From contig NW_015167545.1 of assembly GCF_001447785.1 (NCBI RefSeq), positions 693,555-757,554 of the forward strand: a stretch of 64,000 bases of DNA. The letters are read 5' to 3'. Under the pieces are notes generated by a model, which saw only the letters and a program-made list of their open reading frames with translations, was not told where the DNA came from and searched no databases. This stretch comes from Gekko japonicus (taxonomy: Eukaryota). Positions 1 through 11,618 of the stretch are shown here, in pieces. Made by a program: the position numbers and the translations under genes. The first letter of the stretch is position 1. Every line of letters starts with the position of its first letter.

Positions 1-1022
1 TGACAGCATACTTGTGCTGCAAAACTAACCGGGCTGCCAACTCAAGCCATCCGTCTTCAACTAGAGAGCTGTAAACAATTACTGAGTCCTCCTCATGCAA
101 TATATCCTATAGACCACGAGAGTGACATCACAACCATCATTTGGAAACCGAGAAGGGGGGGAGAGAACAAGGACAAAAATGGAGAGGCTAGAAAAAAGGC
201 AAGATCTGGAGGGGAAAAGTTTATACACACAAACACACACACTGAATTAAAACACATTCTATGTTGTAAGATTCCCTAAGAATCTTTTGAGAGGGTACAG
301 GTCACCGCTTAAGTAAAGGGTAGCCAGAGGGGCAAGGCAGCGTGGCATCAGAAGCAGGGCTCAAAGAACAATAATGGCAGGTGCCTTATTTGGAGCCAGA
401 ATGATCACTCAAGTAGCCCAGAATTGCCCAGTCTGATCAGCAGCTGACAAAACTTTCCCAACACCTATGCTTTTCCATAACACTTCATATCCTGCTTTTT
501 GATCTCTGTTCTCACAACTGCTACCTAGCTGCCCCCTAGAAGGGCAGGACCTAAAGACAATGGCACCTTGCAAAGAGGTAGCCATGTTAATAACATAGCA
601 AATTCCAATGGCATCTTCAAGACTATGTTTATTTCACCATGAGCTTTCAAAGTCACAGCACTCTTCTTCAGACAGAAATGAAGGGGGTTCTGCCTCATGA
701 ATTCTCCTAGGGAAATAAATGGTGTTAAGTCTTTAAGGTGCTACTGGATTTCTATTTTCCATCGAGTCAAAAGCCTTCCTCTGATCTCTCCCCCCCCCCC
801 ATCCCAAGGGTCCCCTTAGCCATCGGGGCTGCGATGAACTACATCCAATGATGAATTTCCTTTTCTCATCCAAACCCCCCACCCTTGAAAGGAAGCCATC
901 TAAGTGAGCGGTCATCACTCCATCTAGTGGGAGCAAGTTCCGTAAGTCAATTCCACCAACCGAGTCCAATAATATTCTGGTCCGGAGTTGGGGGGGGGGG
1001 GGGACACCCGAAATGCTGTCGC

Positions 1023-1060
1023 NNNNNNNNNNNNNNNNNNNNNNNNNNNNNNNNNNNNNN
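1023..1060. other. Assembly gap (38 N) between G/C homopolymer runs
   Basis: Run of n in the sequence. Confidence 0.99.
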
Positions 1061-1600
1061 CGCGCCCCCCCCATCCCCCCCCCCCCCCCACACACACACA
1101 CTTCCGCCCCTAAACGCCACGCGGGGTAGCCCCGCCTCTCGTCCCTTCCTGCCCTCCTTACATCTTCATGGTGCCTTTGGGGCCGAGGTTGGTCCTGAGC
1201 ACGTCCTGCAGGCCTCGGGCTGCGCTGATGTTGACGGCCAAAGCCGCCTGCGCCCTCGCCACCTCGGCCTTGGGGTTGAGCGATTTCACCGCCGCCATCT
1301 CGCCTCAGCTACCGAGACAGAGGGGCGGAAAAGGGAGTAGGAACTGCGCGCGCAACTCGCGGCCGCCTGACTGAGAGAGGAATGAGAGGCGGGACGGAAT
1401 GTCGTTTCTTCGCTCCCTTCTGGAAGTCTCCACCGCCACGTGGGGCCGCTCATTGGCTTGGCCGCAAACCGGAACCAGTTTTCAATTGGCCGACGGTGTG
1501 TCACTCAAGCATTGCCGCGCGGACTAGGGGGCGGCTGTTTAGAGCCGTTGGAGACCGTTACTAAGCAAAATGGCAGACCTGGGTGTGGAATAATTGCAGA
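1061..1600. promoter_or_regulatory. CpG-island bidirectional promoter shared by CCT6A (-) and PSPH (+)
   Basis: CpG-rich. Imperfect HSE TTCtgGAAgtCTC at 1418, CACGTG 1437-1442, two reverse CCAAT boxes (1452-1456, 1485-1489), ETS CCGGAA 1469-1474, YY1-like AAAATGGC 1567-1574. The head-to-head arrangement matches mammalian synteny. The PSPH TSS itself is not identifiable from sequence. Confidence 0.75.
1162..1298 (-). CDS. CCT6A: T-complex protein 1 subunit zeta, coding exon 1 (the rest of the gene lies left of the window)
   Basis: Minus strand reads [45 protein letters not shown](M), the CCT-zeta N-terminus with the LGPKG chaperonin motif. ATG at 1298, 137-nt exon, GTAAG donor starting at 1161, inside a CpG island. 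Confidence 0.96.
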
Positions 1601-1715
1601 CAGATAGATAGGCATATATAACATAAACACACACAGATACATATGTCGATCGATATATATACTTTTTAATGTTTTCAAATGTATATTGATATATATGTAT
1701 TTCTATGTAGACAGA

Positions 1716-2091
1716 AGTCCGCATGGTCAAAGCAATGGTATTCCCAGTAGTCATGTATGGCTGCGAGAGTTGGACTATAAGGAAGACCTACCGAAGAATA
1801 GATTCTTTTGAACTATGGTGCTGGAGAAGACTCTTGAGAATCCCTTGGACTGCAAGAAGATCAAATCAGTCAATCCTAAAAGAAATCAACCCTGACTGTT
1901 CCCTGGAAGGCCAGATAATGAAACTGAAGCTCAAATACTTTGGCCACCAAATGAGAAGGGAGCACTCCCTGGAGAAGACCCTGATGAAATTGAGCAAACT
2001 TTAGAGGACAGCGGAAAACAGGAGGGCCTGGCGAGATCTTGTCCATGGGGTCCTGAAGAGTTGGACTCGACTGTGCCACTGAACAACAAAA
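1716..2091 (+). mobile_element. RTE-BovB LINE, 5'-truncated 3' fragment
   Basis: Translates VKAMVFPVVMYGCESWTI...FELWCWRRLLRIPWTARRSNQSILKEINP, typical of the BovB ORF C-terminus. CAA-type tail. 11-bp TSD atgtagacaga at 1705-1715 and 2092-2102. Confidence 0.92.
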
Positions 2092-2189
2092 ATGTAGACA
2101 GATATGGGTGGGGCACATCAGTATTACAAAATGAATACATATTACAAAAATGTGTAGTGGTTAGAGTGTTGGACTAGGATCTTGGAGAC

Positions 2190-2393
2190 CAATGTTCCCT
2201 CTAAGCTATGGAGTCTTGTGAGCAAAAATTCTACTTTGTAAGCTACTGGCATTAAAGTTGTGAGCGAGTGATTCGGCTACTGTGTAAATTAGTTTGCTCT
2301 GGAGCCATCCTTCCTGAGCTAAGAGAAAAATCTGTGAGCTGGAGGCTAAAAAACTGAGCTAGCTCACACTAACTCAGCTTAGAGGGAACACTG
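2190..2393 (+). mobile_element. hAT-type MITE, family C (CAGTGTTCCCTCTAAG TIRs), inserted in a tRNA-derived SINE
   Basis: TIRs caatgttccctctaag...cttagagggaacactg. Perfect 8-bp TSD ttggagac. Confidence 0.88.
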
Positions 2394-5300
2394 TTGGAGA
2401 CCTGGTTTTAAATTCTCACTTTGCTATGGAAACTCTCTGGGGTGACCTTGGGCCATTCATGTACTCTCTGAGTAACCTGTCTCACACAGAATGTAAGCTG
2501 TTTGGGGGTCTATGGGGGAGAAAGGCAAGATACAAAGTAAATTAAAAGGATTATTAAAATGCAATATGAGATATATACCATAGAATTTCAAGATTAAAAC
2601 TTCCTTAAAATTCTCTTGTGAGAATTCTAGTGTGAGGCTGAGGCTGATACGGTATTTTTATCATTCATTTTAAAGGTTTGTGTTCCACTTTTCTAGCTAT
2701 CACCCTTCCTCCAAGGTGCTGACTGAGGGTGGCATACATGAGGCTTCTTTTTTTAAAAACGGTACTTACTGGTACAGAGTACCAGCACTGTTTTTCAGAG
2801 ATCTCCCAAGTCTTTATCATGCTCTGATCTGCTGCCCCACTCAGCCAGAGAGTGGACCAGGAACAACCTAGTGAGGGTCTGCTGAGGAAGGGGGGAATTG
2901 GTGGAAACTGGCACCACATTATATAACTGTAATTGTGCCTTTTTCACCAAAAAAAGAAGAAAAGCACTGGATCTCCAAGTGGCCAAGGCACGAGGTAGGT
3001 CTGGCTGAGTGAGTGACTGGCCCATAGTGGTCACCCATTGAGTTTTATCAGCATGTCATGGCTGAGAGACAATTCGAAAACATGCCTCCACAGTCAATGT
3101 ATGACGTTTTAGCCACTTTTCTAAAACAAAGGTCATAACAGTGAACATATAATACATACATAATTAAAATCAGCAGGAGTAGTTCACCAATGGGCTGCAT
3201 GTGCATCCAAACAGTTGGAAGGAGACTAATAAATGTTGAACATTGTCAACTTGTTTTTCTTAAATGTGATTTTAGTATGTTGTACTGGTCTTTTTAAATT
3301 GTTTATATTGGTTTTTGTCTGTAAGCTGCCTTGCACACCATGGAATGAGTAAAATCAACCAATATAAATAAAATACATATTTGTCTTATTCTTTCTGGGG
3401 CAAGAACAAATCACATTGATACACACGCATTCTATTATGTCTCCAGTCACTCTCAGGTGGGCTGTTGAGAAAGGGTTAGGTTATTATTTATATGCACAAC
3501 AGATTATCAGTTATTAATGTTTGGGGTACATCTTATTGAATTTTTTTCTGTCTGTGTATTTATGCAAATTGTGTGTATGTGATATTTCAGTACATCAAAA
3601 TATTTTATATTTGATACTCTGTTGTGGGCACGTATAAAAGACTTTCTGGTGTACATTTTTTGCCATTTGCAGTGTCTTAAATTGTGATTCTTTTCTATTA
3701 TAATTATATACAAGTGGTTTTATAGATTACAATGAAGTATTAATATTCAGATTTTATATCAGATGTCAGCATATAACATTTTTTGCAATTTCAGTGTTTC
3801 ACTGTAGAAATGTTAAACAAATTTAATTTTCCAGGTATTTGTAGGTTCAGACTTCACTTCAGACTCCTCGATGGGCAGTATTTCAAGAAAGGGAGGATAG
3901 GTACCTGAACTTCTTGCTCTGTTTGCATTTATTAAATATATTGATTTCCCTCCCCCAAGCATTTAAAAGGTCTATTTCATCTGGACTTTTTCTATAGCTA
4001 TCTGTATTTACATAGGGTTTCTATATATCAGTATTAATAACCATAACACAATAGCCCTGAAAGGTAGGCCACTTTCATTATACCTATATGAGATACAGAC
4101 ATATAGAATCTTTCACTGTTCACTGTGAAGTCAACTGCCAAGGCTGTCAGATAAATTCTGGAACAGGCATATGGAGAGCCAATGTAGTGCAGTGGTTAGT
4201 ATTGGATTTGGAAGACACAGGTTCGAATCCCCACTCTTCCATGGATCCCCACTCTTCCATGGGCCAGTCACAAGCTCCATCTAACCTACCTCACAGAGTT
4301 GTTGTGAGGATAACATTGAGGAGAGAACAATGTAAGCCATTTTGGGTCCCCACTGGGAAGAAGGCCAAGGCATAAATGAAGCAGATAACTAAATATATAA
4401 ATTTAAACCTCGGATTTTCTAGCTGATATTGCAGTACCAGATCAAGATCTTATATGTGTGAAACTGTCATCTCAAGTACACTTACTGGGGGGAAATACCC
4501 ACTGATTTCAGATGGATTTGATTCTGAGTAAACATGCTCAGAACTGGGTTGCGTGAGCTGCACAGAAAGAAGAGCTTTGCCAATGTGCAGCTACTCCCTG
4601 CTGGGCAGCACTACGAAGCAGCACCAGGTGAGGTTGTTTGTCACTTGCAGCAGAGGATATATTCCGAAGATGCCCAGAAGTTTATATTTGTGTTCGTCCT
4701 TGAAGAACTCTTGTGAATAAGCCTGTGCATTTTCCTTCCCTCTTCTGTTAAGCCATCTGTAGGAGGTCTCAGGTTTGGCCCCCAAAATCTGCAATTGAAG
4801 GATCTCTCAGGGTAGCAGATTTTGCAACAGACTTTTTTCCTAACTGACCCATGCAGAGCCATTGTCAGTAAGAACAGAGTGCTCATTTAGATGGAGCAAA
4901 GGCCTGAGGCCGCATAAAGCAGTGTCCTGTGTTTGTAGGGGCTCATTTGTTGTGAGTACATGAACTGCACTAGTTTGATTGGAATTTTTATGATTGTTTG
5001 ATGTTTTAGCCAGTAGAGGGCAATACAGCCATTCCTAACTGGAAAGCTTATGTAAACTTGCATCTACCTGCACATGGTCAGAAATCAAAGCTTCTCAACC
5101 TAAGTTAAACTCTCTAAATTAAAGAAATAACCCCTTGAGCCTGGGACTCAGTCTGAGTAAGCCAAAGATGTATCCCAGAAGTTTGTTTATTTATTGCAGG
5201 ATTTATCCCTATTCAAACAAATGGGAGTCTTGTGACCCCTTAAAGGATAATACATTTTTAGTCTAGCTTTCATGTTCTGCCAGGATAGTCATGTTTATTT

Positions 5301-8024
5301 TATCTGCAGCAAACGAACACATCTACTATTTTGGAATTACACTTGGTGTTGAATTATTTAAGCAGTGCTATCAGTGTCTTCAGTACTTTTCAAAGTAAAA
5401 AAAAAGTCCCTGCCCCAAGGAACCTACAAACTAAAAATTGATATAAAGGATCTAGAAGAGGAAAAATAGAGGAAGTATCTTTATTTGTTCCAGTCACAGT
5501 GCTTAGGATGTGATTCAGTACCGGGAATTCTGTGTAACCCTTAAATCCCCATACTGAATCAAATCCTATGCACTGTAATTGGAATTAATGTAAGATTTCA
5601 CAGAAAAGGTAGGTTTTGAGGAAGGAGTTTGACGAGGCAATCATAAAGGCTTTTTCTGGAGCATAAACACCATTGAGTAAAAGGAGCCTTACTTCTGAGT
5701 AGACTTGCTTTGGATTGCCTCTAGTAAGTGAGAGAGGTGTTCTAGGAGGTGGTTTAAGCCATAAGGGCCAGAGGGAACAAAGGGCAGAGTCATTTGAGAG
5801 AGCTGGTGGTGTGAGATCAGTGGAGCTGGATGGGAGGAGTGGGGAAATAATGGGGAGGGGGAGAACGCAAGGCCATGCAGGGGGTTGAAAATAAAGACAA
5901 GGAATTTATGGTGGAACATAAAAGAAGATAGCAGGACGATTTAATTTTGTTAAATGGAGATGTGAATAAGGAACAATAACTGAAAAAGTCTAGACTATCC
6001 CGTCAGAAGAAAGGACCTCTGGCAAATCAAAGACCACTGCCCAATGCTAAAAAACAGAGTTGGGGCAGTCCTCTCTAGCAGAAGATCCCTAACAGCAGCC
6101 CAGCAGCCCTGAAGGATAGCTTTCCCACCACATTCCCCTAAAAAATGGAACATTAAGGCTTTCTGTTCAATGCCTTTGCCTGGCTGCCAGTGCTCCATGC
6201 AGTGGCTTCATGGCAGGCAAAATGATGTGGTGGGAATACTTGTAAAAAGAAAGCTTGCAAGTGACAAATTAAGGGACCTGCAACATGCTGCTTGGTCCCC
6301 CCAGCCCCCCCCCCCCCGCTTCAGCCCTTCTGGCCAATCCTGATGCCTTCTACGATTCTCTCACTGTTTAGAGCCACATCTCATCTCAGTGTGCTCAGCC
6401 TTCAGCATGCTGTTCCTTCGCCTCCACTTGGCAGGCTCCCCCCCACCCCCAGACTCCAAACCAAACTCCCAGCCCAGTTCGATGAGGCCTTCATCTGACG
6501 GCTCCTGGAAACTTTGCAAGTTCAAGGTGACTTCTTCAGACCGAGCCCATTCTCCACCTCCTTCCACACAGCTTGCTATCCGCCGGCTCTTGCCTAGCCA
6601 ATCAGGGAGCAAGCAGGGCTGGGTCTGAGGGGCTCCTCCCCTGCAAAGGGCGAAATTACACCTCTTTGTAAATAGCCACTTTCATGTCGGCAACGATATC
6701 TTTGATTAAAAAAAAAAAAGGATCGTCCAAGCTTACTCAGCAGAATCCACCGCAGCTGTTGTTGAAATGTGGCTGACTTCCAGATCACTTGGTGCCTGGG
6801 CATCGATGTGACTGAAGGGCTTAGCTGATTCTTTTCCGTGCTGCACACAGCCAGTAGGTGTCCACCGGCAACAGCGACAATTGCAACAGGAGCCACAACG
6901 CTGTAAGTTCCGAGGAGCTTGGGCTGGGGGATTGAACTTGGTTTTGCTTTCTGTCCAGTTCTGTGGCACACTTTCCCTCCCCATGTGGTTCCGACTTCGC
7001 TTGTTAGAACTGACAGCTAGCGCTGGTAATTTTCCTCCAATTCCCTCTGCTGGTGGCTAATTTTTTTGCAGGGGCAATGGAAAGGTACAAGGCCTGTTTT
7101 GTAACAGCAGGATGAATGAATGATGCAATTCTGCGCGGGGGCATCATCAGCATCTTACTGGGAAGCAGAAACTTGCTGATATTATGTACTGGATGTGACC
7201 TTCTCCTTCCTTTTTTCCTGTTGTGTTTTTGAAAGGATAGCTGAAGGAACTTCAGAATCCAAACTGGAAACATGGTCACAAAGTTACAAATAAACAATTA
7301 TTTACTGCCAAGTTTAGGAAGTATTATTTGTTTGCTGCACAAATTACCCTGTTGTCACTGCATTGCTTTCTGATGATGTAACAGTATTTCATGCCTTATA
7401 TTTGCACTTTGTATCATGTTTAACATGTTATTCTTATACAGATTTCTTCAACCCTAGTCCTAGTACATTGCTTATTAGATGTCTCCTTGTATTGATTGTA
7501 TCAGTTTATACTATGTAATCCACTTTGAATCTCAGTGATTTATATACATTATTTATATAATTTATACAGACATAAGTGCCATCCAGTCACAACCAATTTA
7601 TGGTGATCTTGACAAGGGGTTTTTGAGGCAAGTGAGAAGGGCAGGAGGTTTGTCATTGCCTTCCTCTGTAGAATCTTCTTTGGTGGTCTCTCATCCAATT
7701 ACTAAGACTATAACTATAGTAAATAAATAAATTGTTAAGAACATAAGAAACGCATTGCTGGACCAGACTGAAAGTCTATCTAGTCCAGCACCTGTTTCCC
7801 AACAGTCACCAGCTGTATGCTTCTAGAAAGCAACAACTATCCCTGGCTGTTCATCCACATCATCTAGCAGACTACCCCTGAACAAGGAAGTTCCATCAAA
7901 CCACCATTATAGCAGATGGCGTGCAAGAGTTTTGGACTAAGACCAAGGATACCTGAGTTCAACTCCCTGCTTAGCCTTGTGACCCTGGCCAGTCACTCTC
8001 TCTTAGCCTAAACTTCCTCACAGG

Positions 8025-8280
8025 ATTTGTGATAGGGTATGAGTTTTTGTGGGTCACTGCTCACCTCTTCAGAAGTATCTGAAGAAGTGAGCAGTGACTC
8101 ATGAGAGTTCATACCCTACCACAAATTTTGTTAGTCAAATACCTTTAATGGCATGGCAGTAAGATACATAGATATGCAATAACACAGTATGGGATTTTTT
8201 GTTAGTCTTTAAGGCGCTACTGGACTCTTACTGTTTTCTGCTGCTACAGACAGACTAACATGGCTGCCCATCTTGATCTA
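8025..8280. mobile_element. Penelope-like palindromic remnant with a degenerate minimal-hammerhead-like motif
   Basis: Inverted repeat centred on cttcagaagtatctgaag. Related copies lie at about 580-765, 18850-19055, 21845-22050 and 44290-44425. Confidence 0.65.
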
Positions 8281-8451
8281 CCTCACAGGGTAGTCGTGAG
8301 CATGAAATAAGGGCGAGGGGAACAACATGTGGTTTCATGAGCTCCTTAGATGAAGGATAGAATAAATGTGTGGCTCAGATTGTACAAGGAAGAGATAGAT
8401 TGTAATAGATCATGGCTAGGAACTGTCTATAGACTTATTTTTATCTCCATT

Positions 8452-9131
8452 TTTTAAATAAACAATTTTATTTTTGACAAGACAAACAAAAAACAAGCAA
8501 ACGTACATACAAAAATTTGGGGATTCCAGTTACAACATTATTTATCTGTTAAGTTACCTCATACATTGTCTAACTATATTTTTTATTTCATCATATATTT
8601 TTGAATAAATCTTTGCTTATAACTAAAAAAATATAGTTCATATCTTCTTCAGATTCGGTTGTATATCTACACGTCTTATTCCATCAATTTATAAAACCTT
8701 GTCCAAGTATTCTCGAAGTTCCTCTCATTTTGTCCTCTCAATATTAAAGTTAATTTGTCCATCTCTGCAGTTTCCAATATTTTATTTATAATTTCTTCTT
8801 TTAAAGGTACCTCATTTTTTCTCTAATATTCGGCATATAATATTCTTGCAGCTGTCACTACATGTATAATAAGATAGGAATCTTCCTTTTTACAATTTTC
8901 AAGTAATATATTCAATAAAAACAATTCTGGAGTATAGGGTAAAGTACATTTTAACATTTTTTGTAGCAATTCATGAATCCAAGACTAATATTTTTAACTC
9001 TATCACAGGTCCACCACATATGAAAAAAAGAACCAACATTTTCTTGACATTTCCAGCAATCATTAGGTAATTCAGGATAAAACTTTCCTAGTTTATCTGG
9101 AGTAATATACCATCTATAAAACATTTTGCAA
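8452..9131 (-). mobile_element. L1-clade LINE 3' fragment (ORF2 C-terminus with CCHC zinc knuckle)
   Basis: Minus strand reads KMFYRWYITPDKLGKFYPELPNDCWKCQENVGSFFHMWWTCDRVK (C-x2-C-x8-H-x4-C). AATAAA and a short A tail. TSD ttttatctccatt at 8439-8451 and 9132-9144. Confidence 0.88.
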
Positions 9132-10160
9132 TTTTATCTCCATTAATCCTTTCTTAAAGCCATTTAAATCACCGTCATATCTTGTGGAAGAGGAGTCCAT
9201 AAGTTCAGGATGCATCATGTGAAGAAATATTAGTGAAAGACAGTGTAGAGTTTTACAAAGTTTGGAAACTTCTGCCTGCTTTTATTAACAAAAACAAGTG
9301 CATCAAAAACAGGTCTAAAGGTGAGTATCTGTGTAAAAGGCAAAACAAAATCTTGCCTTAATAGACTCCTCCCTTAATTTTGCTCCAATAATGGTTTATG
9401 TAAATGCAGTTCAATTAACTTAGGCTGCAATCCTGCATTCAATTATCCCGCAAAGCTGTGTCCTTCCAATTTGACTGGAAAGTACATGATGTAACTTAGT
9501 GCAGGATTGCAGCCTCTGTTTGTATAAAGCATTCTTGTGGCAGAACTCATTTCTCTTCAGGGTTTTGTGTGCTTTGGCATAGAAGGTGATGTTCTGAGCT
9601 GGTCAGTGAATCAGTAAAGGGACAAGAAAAAAGTAACCTAAGATAAAAGCAATGTTTGGATCAGACAGGAGTTCTCAGCCTTTTTGAGCCTGTGAACACC
9701 TTTGGGATTCTGACACAGGGTGGTGGGCACAGCCACAAAATGGCCATCACAGGAACGAGAGCTGGCTGTACAATAGCTGCTGCAGCTTGCCTTCAGTCCC
9801 CCGGCAAATATCTTTGTGCTGCGGTAGCAGCTTCTGTCAAAGTAACATTTCTAAAAATCTGCAGTGCCAGTCACATTTTCAGTGACCAATCAGAAAAGCC
9901 CCACTCAGCCCCACCCCGTCCTACTTCCTGAAAATATTTGGCAGGCATGAGGAAAGGTGTTGGTGGGTGCCATGGTGTCCATGGGCACCACATTGTGGAC
10001 CTCTGGGACAGGGCATAGAAGCCAGTCCCCAGTCAGTGGAAACCCTTCTGATTCTGAGCCTCCAATAGACAGTTCATCTCTCATTGCAGCCAAAAAGGCT
10101 TGGGTGGGGGTTTTGAGAAGAGATTTGAATTAGGTACTGAGACCGTGCCACAAATAATTT

Positions 10161-10399
10161 GGAGGAGGAGGAGGAGGAGATTGGATTTATACCCCACCCT
10201 TCTCTCAGAGCAGTTTACAGTCTCCTTCCCTTCCTGTCAGGTGGGGCTGAGAGAGCTCTGAGAGAACTGCTCTCGAGAGAACAGCTCTGAGAGAACCGTG
10301 GCTTGCCCAAGGTCACCCAGCAGCTGTATGTGGAGGAGTGGGGAATCAAACCCGGTTCTTTACAGATTAGAGTCTACCACTCCTAACCATGACACCAAA
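10161..10399 (-). mobile_element. Squam3-type tRNA-derived SINE
   Basis: Reverse complement of the copies at 29285 and 46494, with a simple-repeat tail. Confidence 0.75.
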
Positions 10400-10954
10400 A
10401 TACGAAGTGAAAGACATGTGAACAGCAAACTGCCAGCAGGAAGACCCTGCTGAGATAAGATGAGATTGGCCTGTACCATACCATTCCAAACCCCATTTTT
10501 TCAGTAGAGAAATAGAATTCTGGGTACCTTCTACCTGCTAAATGGGGAGCGTCCAATGCCTAGGTGCAAAAGATTTGTCACTTCCAGGCACAATGATGGC
10601 ACACACAAACACCCCAGCTCCCTACCCTTTTGCAGGATCTTGGCATGGCCCTTCTTAACATGGAGTTTGATAACAGTTTCACCTATTACCTTGCACAAAT
10701 AATGGAGGAGAACATATCTGAGACAGATTAAAGCTTATGTGTTCCACATCTGTCTGAGAGATGTCTGAGAGATGTTCTCCTCCATTATTTGTGCAAGGTA
10801 ATAGGTGAAACTGTTATCAAACTCCATGTGAATTGGGCAGCTTTTCCATTGAAGTGCAATTTTTCATACATTATTAAACTAATGGCCCTTCTTAAGCCAG
10901 TGAACAGCAAGAGAGAGGTCTGCTGCAGCATTCCTGGACACAAACATGTATACT

Positions 10955-11166
10955 TTTTTGCCCTTATGGCAACAGGTGACTTATGGCAACCACAAAAGGT
11001 TTCCAAGGCAAGAGACATTCTGGGGTGGTTTGCCACTGCCTGCCTCTGCATCACCGCCCTGGTATTCCTTGGAGGTCTCCCGTCCAAGTGCCTGCCAGGG
11101 CCGACCCTGCTTAGCTTCCAAGGTCTGATGAGATCAGGCTAGCCTGGGCTCTCCAGGGCAGGGCAG
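10955..11166 (-). mobile_element. 5S rRNA-derived SINE
   Basis: Minus-strand head resembles the 5S internal promoter (GGAAGCTAAGCAGGGTCGG...ACTTGGACGGGAGACC), followed by a non-5S body. Confidence 0.75.
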
Positions 11167-11277
11167 AAGAGGAATATACAGCAAATAATTTTGCATGGAT
11201 AATATTTTTACGTATTCTAACAAGAACAGAAGGGTGAAAGAAACATATACCATAAAATATATCTATTTACCAAACAT

Positions 11278-11618
11278 CAGGGGTCATTTCGTAGAAAAAG
11301 AGCTAGGGGAACTCATTAGCATAACTCATTAGCATATGCCACACCCCCTGACATCAGGGGCCCGGCGGTGGACCTGCAAAGCCAGCTGGAGTGCGAGGAA
11401 GCCCCGCGAAGGCCCTCCCTGGCCCCAGGCAGGCAGGGGTGGGGAGAGGCAGGGAGGAAGCAACTTACCCTCCCTCTTCTCCTGCTTCCTCCTGGCTGAA
11501 TGAGGGCTGGAAGCGGGGCGGCCGGAAGCAGGGGGCGGGACTTTGTCATGTGCCCCGCCCGCTGCACCTCACCCGGGGGAACTGCGTTCCCCCGCGTTCC
11601 CCCCCGAAATGACCTCTG
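11278..11618 (+). mobile_element. hAT-type MITE, family B (CAGGGGTCATTTCG TIRs)
   Basis: TIRs caggggtcatttcg...cgaaatgacctctg. Perfect 8-bp TSD ccaaacat. Confidence 0.9.

Noticed and set aside
1-1161. Intronic H/ACA snoRNA of the kind hosted by mammalian CCT6A
   Set aside because: Only part of intron 1 is in the window, and I saw no convincing hairpin-H-hairpin-ACA structure.
1716-2091. BovB as evidence of horizontal transfer or bovine contamination
   Set aside because: BovB is a well-known resident of squamate genomes, and both copies have TSDs embedded in reptile-type flanks.
3845-3900. Possible non-coding PSPH 5' UTR exon (tttgtag|...ggatag|gtacct)
   Set aside because: Splice signals are plausible but weak and cannot be confirmed without transcripts.
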